DNA from: Deltaproteobacteria bacterium
GTDB lineage: Bacteria > CG2-30-53-67
Reading direction: 5' to 3'
DNA: 64,000 nt
Assembly: GCA_013151235.1 (NCBI GenBank)
Contig: JAADIO010000055.1
Location: 39,743-103,742, forward strand
Part shown: piece after piece, positions 9,599 through 18,655 of the stretch
Position numbering within the stretch: position 1 is the stretch's first letter
How the letters are laid out: each line of letters starts with the position of its first letter
Program-made: the position numbers and the translations under genes
Notes under the pieces: generated by a model
The model's input: the letters and a program-made list of their open reading frames with translations, nothing else
Database searches by the model: none
Told to the model about the DNA's origin: nothing

Positions 9599-10186
9599 AT
9601 GACGGAAAAGAAAAAACCGCTGCCCCGACCACCCCGAAAAGGCTTCGGACCGAGAAGGGGACCTGACACCGAAGGACCGTTGAGTGCCGACAAGATGGCA
9701 GCAGCCATGGCACAGGGAAAGCTCGAAGAATACCTGTCACAGGAATTCCAGGGGAATGAACAGGCGCAAAACCTGGCAAAGATGATGATGGGGATGACGG
9801 GAATGTCCGGGATGATGCCGTCCGGCGGGTCCGTCGGTAGTATCCCGCCGGCCGGCGGAGATCCCGCTGGCCCTCCGGAAGTCCCCGAGGATATCCGGCA
9901 GGCCTCTCTCACCGGCGACATGGGACAGCTCATGACCCTGATGAAACAGGAGCACGAAAAACGCTCCGGCGGTGAACAAAAAGCGGGTGAGGAAGCCCCC
10001 ACGAAAAAAAGTCCCGATAACGAAAAGGCATCGGCACCCTCGGCGGAAGCCCCGGCCCTTCTCGACCGGGAGTCAATCGACCTTTTGATCCGGATTGCCT
10101 CGGAAAACAGCGTCTCCCTCGACTGGGTCATCGCCCGGGCCATCAAGCTCTATGCTCGGGATTACAAACTCACCGGCAGGGTCTGA
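9599..10186 (+). CDS. Hypothetical protein that is Met/Gly-rich, acidic and low-complexity, with a C-terminal helix pair resembling a ribbon-helix-helix-like fold
   Basis: MMMGMTGMSGMMPSGG tract and a C-terminal SIDLLIRIASENSVSLDWVIARAIKLYARDY segment. It starts 16 bp after the upstream PBP-fold gene. Confidence 0.5.
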   Translation: MTEKKKPLPRPPRKGFGPRRGPDTEGPLSADKMAAAMAQGKLEEYLSQEFQGNEQAQNLAKMMMGMTGMSGMMPSGGSVGSIPPAGGDPAGPPEVPEDIRQASLTGDMGQLMTLMKQEHEKRSGGEQKAGEEAPTKKSPDNEKASAPSAEAPALLDRESIDLLIRIASENSVSLDWVIARAIKLYARDYKLTGRV

Positions 10187-10269
10187 AAACAAAAGGGGAA
10201 ACCAAATATATTCAAGAACTTGCTGTGGTCCGACCCTAACCCCAGACTACCCAGTAAAACGAGAGGTTG

Positions 10270-11757
10270 TCATCGTGTTACCCTGTATAACCGCCATCTT
10301 CCCCTCTTTGTGACCGGTTTGAGAATCGGGAGGGCATCGAAGATGTTCTGTGTTTCCTGTGTACCGTTGATCAACAGGTAGTTAAAGGCAAGGATGTCCC
10401 TAATTTTTACCCACTGTGCGTTCCATTCCAGGCCGGGTGTCCAATGGGGAGGCCTCTGTTTCCTGAACTGTACAATCCCTGAAGCATGCTCGGCAAAAGA
10501 GAAATTCAGGCTCCCGCCTTTCACTGCCTGCGCGTAGGCGAAGGTCTGCAGAAAGGGTCTGCCCTTTATATATCGGCTGGTCTTTACAAAATCCAGGCCG
10601 AGCACGCGCTGTTTTGCGGGAAGCAGCATGAGAGAGCGCCTCAGCCCGGAGATTTCCTTCGTCTGGAAAAGATGCCATGCCCAGGCTGTCTGAAAGAGAA
10701 AGAAGGCAAGTACGGCCCCAAGGGAGAGTTGCTGGATCTTGTGTTCCAATGCAGGGGCGGGGAAAGAGAGGAGCAGAAATATCGAGACAATCGGAAACCA
10801 TCTTTGAGCGAAAAAGATAGTGTTCATATACTTTTCAGGTGCAAAAAAGTAGATGCATAAAAAGAGAAGAGCAGCGGTCAGAAGTTCTTTGTCAATCTTT
10901 TCTGTGAATCGATTCCGGTTTGTGAAAAACGACAGCAACAGCCAGGCAAGTATTACAACGGCCGCAATCGCTTCCGTATTCCCCTGGATTCCGCCGAACA
11001 TGGAGTTCACCAGGTACCCGGGGGCCAGACGATCCAGAGGTGAAGTCACCCAGTGTGCCGCAACATCGAAACCTGCCGATTCCCTTACTTTGGAGAATGA
11101 CTGATACCAGAAGGCCGCAAGCAATCCAGTCGGGAATAAAGGAGATAACCGGTAGATTAAGGACTTCCAGCCTTTCCAGTGTATGAGATTGTAGAGCAGC
11201 AACCAGGCCGCTCCTATCAGAAACCATAAGGCATGGCAGAAATAGAGCAGGAACGACAAGAAGATGAGAAGCACACCTCTTCTTCTGCTGAAAGGGTGTA
11301 GAGCGGCCATAAACCAGAGGACGAAAAAAGGCCAGCCGATCAGGAAGTTCAGAAAACCCCAATAAAGGGACAGGTTGAAAACCAATAACAATGCCAGTAG
11401 CGCATTTCCCAACGGCCGTTTCCGTTTCCATGCGAGCAGGTGTATCGCCATGCCCCAGGAAAGAACCAGCACGATCAAGGAGAGCTTGCCTGCGAAGATC
11501 GGAGCGAACAGGTTGCGGGCCGCATAGATCAATAGATAGACAAGGTTGTCCGGCGAATACCAATTGATGGAATAGAGATGCGTTTGGCCGGACAGGGTTT
11601 TGTTGAGTAGATAAATTTGACATAAATGCTGTGGGAGATCTGTTGCTGGAGGGAACTCTACAAAAATGAAGGGGAATAATGTCAGAACGATTGAAATACC
11701 GGCCAACAAGCCGCGTAGGGGTATCCCTTTAAAGACTACCGGAAGATTGCGTTCCAT
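10270..11757 (-). CDS. Large polytopic membrane protein, possibly a GT-C-type glycosyltransferase or DUF2079-like protein
   Basis: About 12 predicted hydrophobic helices followed by a soluble C-terminal domain of about 150 aa. AT-richer than the flanks. No family assigned with confidence. Confidence 0.55.
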   Translation of the reverse strand: MERNLPVVFKGIPLRGLLAGISIVLTLFPFIFVEFPPATDLPQHLCQIYLLNKTLSGQTHLYSINWYSPDNLVYLLIYAARNLFAPIFAGKLSLIVLVLSWGMAIHLLAWKRKRPLGNALLALLLVFNLSLYWGFLNFLIGWPFFVLWFMAALHPFSRRRGVLLIFLSFLLYFCHALWFLIGAAWLLLYNLIHWKGWKSLIYRLSPLFPTGLLAAFWYQSFSKVRESAGFDVAAHWVTSPLDRLAPGYLVNSMFGGIQGNTEAIAAVVILAWLLLSFFTNRNRFTEKIDKELLTAALLFLCIYFFAPEKYMNTIFFAQRWFPIVSIFLLLSFPAPALEHKIQQLSLGAVLAFFLFQTAWAWHLFQTKEISGLRRSLMLLPAKQRVLGLDFVKTSRYIKGRPFLQTFAYAQAVKGGSLNFSFAEHASGIVQFRKQRPPHWTPGLEWNAQWVKIRDILAFNYLLINGTQETQNIFDALPILKPVTKRGRWRLYRVTR

Positions 11758-12306
11758 GAAGATGGGGTTCTCCCTGCGGAAAAAGCTTGGGTGTCAGAAC
11801 TTAATGGGCTGTTGCTCAAACACATTTGACATTTTTGAAGATGGCTATTCCGCCGAAGGGCACACTCCATAATATCTTCATAAACCGCCGCACCTAACAA
11901 GACCTGCCTGACTTTCTCTTCTGGTCAGCAAAAAAGATCCACACGTTAAAACCCAAAAGGTGTTTTGGCAACGCTTCCGGGAGAACATCTAACAGGGTTA
12001 CCGGAATAACCATTAACGATATGAGTAACAATTCCCGTGGGGATTGTAAAGGAAATTTTAGCGCAAAAGAAAAAGCCGCCCTCCGGTGGGGAGTAACTTC
12101 CAGGAAGATTAGGGGACGTTCCTGATTACGCTGACTTATTCCTGACAAACTTTTCTCAACGAATCGTCGGGACCTCCTTTGGAAGACCGCTGCAGGTCCG
12201 AGGAAAGACCTCCCGGCCTGCTCTAACCTGATTTAAACATTGATTTTCCATTCATTTTATATTATTTTAAAGAAATTGTAATTCTGGAGAAAGGAACCCA
12301 AAAAAA

Positions 12307-13119
12307 ATGATACTCAAGGTTGCCCTTGCGGTCTATCTGTTATCCACCATCTTCTGTCTTGTCTATTTCGTTTCTCCCCGGAAGTCCCTGGCAACGGCTT
12401 ATCTGGCCAGCGCGGTCGCAGGTTTTCTCATCCATACATGGGTCCTGATCGAAAGCTATCTTCAAGCAGGGCACATCCCTGTGACCAACCTGAAGGAGGG
12501 GCTGTCCTTTTTCTCCTGGACGATTATCCTGATTTTCCTGATCATTGAATACCGCTACAAGATCCTGATTCTCGGTTCCTTCATTATTCCCCCGGCTTTT
12601 ATAGCTCTCCTCTACCCGGCATTGGCGGGTGACAGAATCACGGCGCTGGCGCCACTTCTGCAGAGTTCCTGGTTAGGGGTCCATGTGACCCTGGCCTTCC
12701 TCGGGGATGCGTCCTTTGCCCTGGCCACGGCCCTGAGTGTCATGTATATCCTTCAGGAACGCCAACTAAAATCCCACAAGTTCGGCGCCACCTTTCGCAA
12801 GCTCCCATCCCTGGAGGTTCTCGATTTGATCAATCACCGGATTATGACCATCGGTTTTCTTCTCCTGACGCTCGGCATCATTACCGGAGCCCTCTGGGCC
12901 CGGGCGGCATTAGGGAGCTACATACAGGGGGATCCCAGGGAAATCTGGTCCCTGATCACCTGGGTGATCTATGCCGGCCTCGTGCATTCCCGACTGACCA
13001 TCGGATGGCGGGGCCGTAAATCAGCAATCCTGACGATCGTGGGATTTTGCGTGCTGATCTTCGCCTTTCTGGCCATCAATACCTTCATTCCAAGTTATCA
13101 TTATCCGGGGCGTTTCTGA
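12307..13119 (+). CDS. hemX: CcsA/HemX-like cytochrome c assembly family membrane protein encoded upstream of hemA
   Basis: Tryptophan-rich segment ALWARAALGSYIQGDPREIWSLITWVIYAGLVH resembling the CcsA WWD region. Its TGA stop overlaps the hemA ATG. Confidence 0.7.
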   Translation: MILKVALAVYLLSTIFCLVYFVSPRKSLATAYLASAVAGFLIHTWVLIESYLQAGHIPVTNLKEGLSFFSWTIILIFLIIEYRYKILILGSFIIPPAFIALLYPALAGDRITALAPLLQSSWLGVHVTLAFLGDASFALATALSVMYILQERQLKSHKFGATFRKLPSLEVLDLINHRIMTIGFLLLTLGIITGALWARAALGSYIQGDPREIWSLITWVIYAGLVHSRLTIGWRGRKSAILTIVGFCVLIFAFLAINTFIPSYHYPGRF

Positions 13120-14408
13120 TGGGCATCTTCCTGGTAGGACTGAGTCACAAAACGGCGCCCGTGGAATTGCGGGAGAAGATCTCCTTTGCCGAAGAGACGA
13201 TCCCGCAAGGACTGGAAAAGCTTCGGGCGGAGTCGATCCCGGAAAACATCATCCTCTCCACTTGCAACCGGGTCGAGATCATCGCTCAATGCGAGGACTG
13301 CGTCAAAGGGATTTCAGCCACGAAAGATTTCCTGTCCGGCGAACACCAGATCCCCCTCGATGAACTGGAGCCTCATCTCTATATCCGGGAAGGCAATGAG
13401 GCAATCCGCCATATCTTCCGTGTCGCTTCCTCGCTTGACTCCATGATGGTCGGGGAGCCCCAGATCCTCGGGCAGTTCAAGAATGCCTTCACGATCGCCT
13501 CGGAGGCCAAGGCGACGGGAATCATCCTGAATCGGCTCATGCACAAGGCCTTCTCCGTGGCAAAAAGGATCAAGACCGAGACGGGGATCGCCCGAAGCGC
13601 CGTTTCCATCAGTTACGCCGCCGTGGAACTGGCCAAGAAGATTTTCGACGATCTGACGGACAAGACCGTCATGCTCATCGGAGCCGGGGAGATGTGCGAA
13701 CTGGCGGCCAAACACCTGATGCAAAACGGCGCGAAAAAAATGCTCGTCACCAACCGGACCTACAGCCGCGCCGTGGAACTGGCACAGGAGTTCAACGGGA
13801 GCGCCATCCGTTTTGAAAATTTCATCGAATCACTGATCCAGACGGACATCATCATCTCCTCCACCGGGGCGCCGCACTATATCCTGCACCACCACGATGT
13901 AAAAGAGGTGATTCACGAACGGAGGAACAAGCCGATCTTCATGATCGATATCGCCGTCCCCCGTGACCTTGATCCGGAAATCAACAAGATCGACAATGTC
14001 TACCTCTACGATATCGACAATCTCCAGGCCGTCGTTGAAACCAACATCGAAGAGCGGAAGAAGGAAGCGGAAAAGGCCGACAGCATCGTCACGCAGGAGG
14101 TCCGGACCTTCGAACAATGGCTCGCCTCCCTGAAGGTCACACCGATGATCGTCCTTCTCCGGGAACGGATGGAGCAGATCCGGCAGGAAGAACTCCGAAA
14201 GACCCTGCCCCGCCTGAACGGAATCTCGGAGAAGGAGAAGAGGTCGATTGAATCGATGTCGATGGCGATCATCAATAAGGTTCTTCACGGCCCGATGAAA
14301 GCCTTGAAGTCGTGTCACCCGGAAGAAAAAGAAACGCTCATGCAGGTGTTGCGGGAGATCTTCCAGTTGGAAGACTCTCCCCGAAAGATCGGGGAAAAAG
14401 ATCGTTAA
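13119..14408 (+). CDS. hemA: Glutamyl-tRNA reductase
   Basis: MGIFLVGLSHKTAPVELREK N-terminus, SSLDSMMVGEPQILGQ and the NAD-binding GAGEM motif. The start is re-set to the internal Met at 13119. Confidence 0.95.
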   Translation: MGIFLVGLSHKTAPVELREKISFAEETIPQGLEKLRAESIPENIILSTCNRVEIIAQCEDCVKGISATKDFLSGEHQIPLDELEPHLYIREGNEAIRHIFRVASSLDSMMVGEPQILGQFKNAFTIASEAKATGIILNRLMHKAFSVAKRIKTETGIARSAVSISYAAVELAKKIFDDLTDKTVMLIGAGEMCELAAKHLMQNGAKKMLVTNRTYSRAVELAQEFNGSAIRFENFIESLIQTDIIISSTGAPHYILHHHDVKEVIHERRNKPIFMIDIAVPRDLDPEINKIDNVYLYDIDNLQAVVETNIEERKKEAEKADSIVTQEVRTFEQWLASLKVTPMIVLLRERMEQIRQEELRKTLPRLNGISEKEKRSIESMSMAIINKVLHGPMKALKSCHPEEKETLMQVLREIFQLEDSPRKIGEKDR

Positions 14409-14440
14409 CCGTGGTATACACTCCATTGTAAGGGAAGAAG

Positions 14441-15373
14441 ATGACAAACTCAAAGGAAGTCCGTATCGGCACACGTGGAAGTCAGCTTGCACTCTGGCAG
14501 GCCAACTGGATCAAATCGACGCTCGAGGCCCGGCATCCCGACCTTGTGGTCTCTTTGGTGAAGATCAAGACCACGGGAGACAAGATCCTCGATGTCCCCC
14601 TGGCCCAGGTCGGCGGCAAAGGACTCTTCGTCAAGGAGATCGAAGAGGCAATGCTTGACGGAAGGATCGACCTGGCCGTCCACAGCATGAAGGATGTCCC
14701 CACCGACCTTCCCGGTCCGCTCCACCTGCCGGTGATCGCCGAACGTGAAGATCCGAGGGACGCCCTCTTGTCGCACGGCAAAGTGTTCGATGACCTGCCG
14801 CAGGGGGCGAAGATCGGTACGAGCAGCCTGCGGCGTCAGGCCCAGCTCCTCCACCGGCGTCCCGATATGGAGATGATCTCCCTCCGGGGGAACCTCGACA
14901 CCCGGATCAGGAAGCTCGACACGGAAGGGCTCGATGCCGTCATTCTCGCCGCGGCGGGAATCCGCAGGATGGGCTGGGCGGAGAAGATCACCCAGATCCT
15001 GCCGACGGAAATCTCTCTGCCCGCCATCGGGCAGGGGGCCGTGGGGATCGAATGCCGCCGGGAGGATCCCCGCATCAATGACCTGATCGCCTTCATCCGT
15101 CATGATGATACCTTCGATGCCGTGGTGGCGGAACGGGCCTTTTTAAAGAAACTTGAAGGGGGTTGCCAGGTCCCGATCGCCGCCTATGCCGAAGTCGACG
15201 GCAAAAATCTGAAACTCCGGGGTCTCGTCGGAAGCGTCGACGGCAAGGAACTGATCGAAGACAAAATCGACGGGCTCCGTACGGACGGCGCCCGTCTCGG
15301 CACCGAATTGGGAGAACGGGTCCTCGCTGCCGGCGCCGGCCGGATCCTCGAAGAGGTTTACAAAAATCAGTAA
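14441..15373 (+). CDS. hemC: Porphobilinogen deaminase (hydroxymethylbilane synthase)
   Basis: VRIGTRGSQLALWQA, GGKGLFVKEIE and SLRGNLDTR motifs. Confidence 0.95.
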   Translation: MTNSKEVRIGTRGSQLALWQANWIKSTLEARHPDLVVSLVKIKTTGDKILDVPLAQVGGKGLFVKEIEEAMLDGRIDLAVHSMKDVPTDLPGPLHLPVIAEREDPRDALLSHGKVFDDLPQGAKIGTSSLRRQAQLLHRRPDMEMISLRGNLDTRIRKLDTEGLDAVILAAAGIRRMGWAEKITQILPTEISLPAIGQGAVGIECRREDPRINDLIAFIRHDDTFDAVVAERAFLKKLEGGCQVPIAAYAEVDGKNLKLRGLVGSVDGKELIEDKIDGLRTDGARLGTELGERVLAAGAGRILEEVYKNQ

Positions 15374-15436
15374 CCCCTTCATTGCAGGCTGTTGTTTTCC
15401 GGTCCCTCTTCGCGACAAGGAGGACACAGGAACATT

Positions 15437-17026
15437 ATGGATTGGACGGACAAAAAATCCCCCCCGGCCCCTCTTTTACAAGGTGGAGAGAAATCATCCA
15501 TCAAAGGAAAAGTCTTTCTCCTCGGCGCCGGTCCCGGCCACCCGAAGTTGATCACCCTCCGGGCGATCGAATGTATCCGGGATGCCGAGGTCATCATCTA
15601 CGACTACCTGGCCAATCAGAAATTCCTTCAGTATGCCCCGAAGGGGTGCGAGATCATCTATGCCGGGAAGACGAGCGTTCACCATACCCTGCATCAGGAT
15701 GAAATCAATCAGCTCCTCATCGACAAGGCCCGTACGGGAAAAACGGTGATCCGGCTCAAGGGGGGAGATCCCCTCCTTTACGGACGCGGCGGGGAAGAGG
15801 CGGAAGGACTCGCCCGGGAGGGGATCCCCTTCGAGATCGTCCCCGGCATCCCGGCGGCTACCGCCATTGCGGCCTATGCCGGGATCCCTCTGACCCACCG
15901 TGACTCAGCGTCTACGGTCGCCTTTATTACAGGGCACGAAGGATCGGGCAAGAGCGGCCCGCCCGTGGACTGGGAAAAGATCAGCACCGGCGTCGGCACG
16001 GTCGTCATCTACATGGGGGTCGGCAACCTGCAGGAAAATACCCGTAAACTCATGGAACACGGACGGGCGCCCGAAACCCCGACGGCCCTCGTCCGCTGGG
16101 GTACGACGCCGGAGCAGGAGATCCTCATCGGGACCCTGGCCGACATCTACGAGAAGGCCCGGACGGCACACTTCAAGGCCCCGGCCATCATGATCGTCGG
16201 CGAAACGGTCCGGCTCCACGACAAACTCCACTGGACCGATCAACTCCCCCTCTTCGGCCGCCGGATCGCCCTCACCCGGGAACGGGAGAACGCCGGACTC
16301 TTTTCCAAGGAACTGGAGCGGCTGGGGGCGGTGATCTACTACCTCCCCGCCATCAGCATCTTTTCCCCGGAAGAGTTCGGGATCGTCGATCAGGCCATTG
16401 AAGAAATCGAACAGTTCGACTGGATCATATTTACGAGTGCCAACGCCGTCCGATATTTTCTTGATCGTCTGATCAAGAAGAATCGGGATGTGCGTGATCT
16501 GAAAGGGATTTCGATCTGCACCGTGGGGACCGCCACGGCCCGGTCTCTAAAAACCCGGGGGATACGGACCGACCTCATCCCCGAGGAGTTCACCGGGGAA
16601 GGCGTCGTTGCCGCCCTGCTGAAGGAGGGAGATCTTCCGGGGAAGCGGGTTCTGATCCCCAGGGCGGAAAAGGCGAGGGAAGTGGTCCCCGATGCCCTCC
16701 GGGAGGCAGGCGCCGAGGTCGTCGTGGCCACGGTCTACCGGAATCTTGCCCCGGAGATTGACGCACAGGCACTCCAGGAGATCCTGATCAACCGCAAGGC
16801 AGACCTGATCGTCTTTACCAGTCCATCGAATATCAGAAATTTTGTCCGGTCCGTGCAGAAAGAAGGACTGCAGAAAACCCTGCCGGGAATCAGGACCGCA
16901 TGCATCGGTCCGGTCACGGCAAAGGCGGCGAAAGAAGCCGGGCTCGATGTTGTCGTTGAACCGGAGAAATCGACACTCGAGTCGGTCTCTGAAGCGATCC
17001 GGAAATATTTCGCTGAAAAACAATGA
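15437..17026 (+). CDS. cobA/hemD: Bifunctional uroporphyrinogen-III C-methyltransferase / uroporphyrinogen-III synthase (CobA-HemD fusion)
   Basis: N-terminal VFLLGAGPGHPKLITLRA SAM-dependent tetrapyrrole methylase domain and C-terminal HemD-like domain. Start chosen at the Met after the AAGGAGG SD. Confidence 0.9.
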   Translation: MDWTDKKSPPAPLLQGGEKSSIKGKVFLLGAGPGHPKLITLRAIECIRDAEVIIYDYLANQKFLQYAPKGCEIIYAGKTSVHHTLHQDEINQLLIDKARTGKTVIRLKGGDPLLYGRGGEEAEGLAREGIPFEIVPGIPAATAIAAYAGIPLTHRDSASTVAFITGHEGSGKSGPPVDWEKISTGVGTVVIYMGVGNLQENTRKLMEHGRAPETPTALVRWGTTPEQEILIGTLADIYEKARTAHFKAPAIMIVGETVRLHDKLHWTDQLPLFGRRIALTRERENAGLFSKELERLGAVIYYLPAISIFSPEEFGIVDQAIEEIEQFDWIIFTSANAVRYFLDRLIKKNRDVRDLKGISICTVGTATARSLKTRGIRTDLIPEEFTGEGVVAALLKEGDLPGKRVLIPRAEKAREVVPDALREAGAEVVVATVYRNLAPEIDAQALQEILINRKADLIVFTSPSNIRNFVRSVQKEGLQKTLPGIRTACIGPVTAKAAKEAGLDVVVEPEKSTLESVSEAIRKYFAEKQ

Positions 17027-17030
17027 TGGT

Positions 17031-17177
17031 CTCGTAAAAAGTCGTTTTTCGGATTCCGTTCATGGTTCGACAGGCTTCCGAGCATGGTGAGCTTGCCGAA
17101 CCACACGAACGGGGAATATCAAAGACTTACACCGTTCGCCCTGAGCGTGTCGAAGGGTCGAACGGACTTTTTACGAG
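17031..17177. mobile_element. MITE/REP-like element, copy A (147 bp, 13-bp terminal inverted repeats CTCGTAAAAAGTC/GACTTTTTACGAG, long internal palindrome)
   Basis: Perfect TIRs are visible in the sequence. It shares an exact 31-nt core (CTTCCGAGCATGGTGAGCTTGCCGAACCACA, 17075-17105) with copy B and begins 4 bp after the cobA/hemD stop. Confidence 0.5.
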
Positions 17178-17221
17178 TCCATCAACAATCGAACCAGAAA
17201 ATTTAAAAGGGAGATGCCATC

Positions 17222-18205
17222 ATGTTTTTCCCCAGCTACCGTCCGCGCCGGGTACGGAAAAATGAACAGATCCGAAGAATGGTCCGGGAGACCCGGCTCT
17301 CCGTGGACAACCTGATCTACCCCCTGTTCGCCATTCATGGCAAGAAGGTCAAAAATGAGATCCCTTCCATGCCGGGAAACTTCCAGCTCTCTGTGGAGAA
17401 CCTCGTCCGGGAAGCCCGGACGGTCTACAAGCTCGGCATCCCGGCCGTCCTCCTCTTCGGGATTCCGAAGAGGAAAGATGCCGTCGGCTCCGGGGCCTAC
17501 GACGAACACGGCATCATCCAAACCGCCGTCCGGTCGATCAAGGACAAGATCCCGGAGCTGATCGTGATCACGGATGTCTGTCTCTGCGAATATACCGATC
17601 ACGGCCATTGCGGGATCGTCGAGAACGGCGAAATCCTGAACGACCCGACGCTGGAACTCCTCGCGAAGGAAGCGGTATCCCACGCCCGGGCCGGGGCCGA
17701 CATCATCGCCCCTTCGGACATGATGGACGGCCGGGTCGGCGCCATCCGGGAGGCTCTCGATGAAGAAGGTTTTGATGACACACCGATCCTCTCCTATGCC
17801 GTCAAATATGCCTCCGGATTCTACGGTCCCTTCCGGGATGCAGCGGAATCGACACCCGGTTTCGGCGACCGCGCCTCTCACCAGATGGACCCGGCCAACA
17901 CCCGTGAGGCCATGCGGGAGGCGGAGCTGGATGTCTCGGAAGGGGCGGACATGCTCATGGTCAAACCAGCGCTTCCCTACCTCGACATCATCTACCGGGT
18001 GAAGGAGGAATTCGATCTGCCTGTGGCCGCCTACAACGTCTCCGGCGAATTCTCCATGATCAAGGCCGCAGCAAAACAGGGGTGGCTCGACGAGAAACGG
18101 GTGATGATGGAATCGTTGATCTCGATCCGGCGGGCCGGCGCCGACATGATCCTCACCTACTGGGCGAAGGATGCCGCAAAACTGCTTCAGAAACAGCAAC
18201 CATAA
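17222..18205 (+). CDS. hemB: Porphobilinogen synthase (delta-aminolevulinate dehydratase)
   Basis: RPRRVRKNE...LIYPLF N-terminus, active-site [10 protein letters not shown] region, and a Cys-rich metal site ([14 protein letters not shown]). Confidence 0.95.
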   Translation: MFFPSYRPRRVRKNEQIRRMVRETRLSVDNLIYPLFAIHGKKVKNEIPSMPGNFQLSVENLVREARTVYKLGIPAVLLFGIPKRKDAVGSGAYDEHGIIQTAVRSIKDKIPELIVITDVCLCEYTDHGHCGIVENGEILNDPTLELLAKEAVSHARAGADIIAPSDMMDGRVGAIREALDEEGFDDTPILSYAVKYASGFYGPFRDAAESTPGFGDRASHQMDPANTREAMREAELDVSEGADMLMVKPALPYLDIIYRVKEEFDLPVAAYNVSGEFSMIKAAAKQGWLDEKRVMMESLISIRRAGADMILTYWAKDAAKLLQKQQP

Positions 18206-18260
18206 AAAAAGAAGACCGGAATCGCCGTTTCTGATAGAATAAAAGACGGGAGGAGGACAA

Positions 18261-18527
18261 ATGTTCATTCGGCGATTTCATAGTGAAATCATCTTTCATC
18301 TCTTCAGCCTGATCTTTTTCGACCTGATCTATTTCATCGTCCTCATGTTGCTCCTGTTGCAGCATGAGGCGCTGTGGTTAGGCCTCGGGTCTCTTCTCGT
18401 CTTCGGCTACCTGCATCTCCGTTACTTCCGGAGTTTCTGCCGGGAGATCCGCTGGACCTACGTCACACCTCATCTTGTTTTCCCCTGCCTTTTGACGTTG
18501 GTCGCCTTTTTGACCTACGCGCCATGA
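18261..18527 (+). CDS. Small hydrophobic protein (88 aa, 2-3 predicted TM helices), hypothetical
   Basis: A strong SD (GGGAGGAGG) lies 7 bp upstream of the ATG. Two long hydrophobic stretches. It sits between hemB and hemL. Confidence 0.4.
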   Translation: MFIRRFHSEIIFHLFSLIFFDLIYFIVLMLLLLQHEALWLGLGSLLVFGYLHLRYFRSFCREIRWTYVTPHLVFPCLLTLVAFLTYAP

Positions 18528-18587
18528 AACAGGGTTCAAACTGCTTAAACCATTCAAACCGTTTAGAGAACAGACAGCCTCTTTCCA

Positions 18588-18617
18588 TTGACAGAACCTC
18601 CTGAAAATGTTACTAAT
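18588..18617 (+). promoter_or_regulatory. Sigma-70-type promoter candidate for hemL (TTGACA-N17-TACTAAT)
   Basis: Consensus -35 hexamer at 18588-18593 and -10-like TACTAAT at 18611-18617 with a 17-nt spacer, about 40 bp upstream of the hemL ATG. Confidence 0.45.
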
Positions 18618-18655
18618 CTTCTCATTAATTCAGGGATTCAGAAGGAGAATCAGAC

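Noticed and set aside
16735-17106. Antisense ORFs 16735-17106 and 19756-20055 that both start MWFGKLTMLGS, suggesting a repeated small protein
   Set aside because: The shared N-terminus is the translation of the 31-nt repeat core inside the MITE/REP-like elements. The ORFs run antisense into the 3' ends of cobA/hemD and hemL and have no SD, so this is a repeat artefact and not a gene family.
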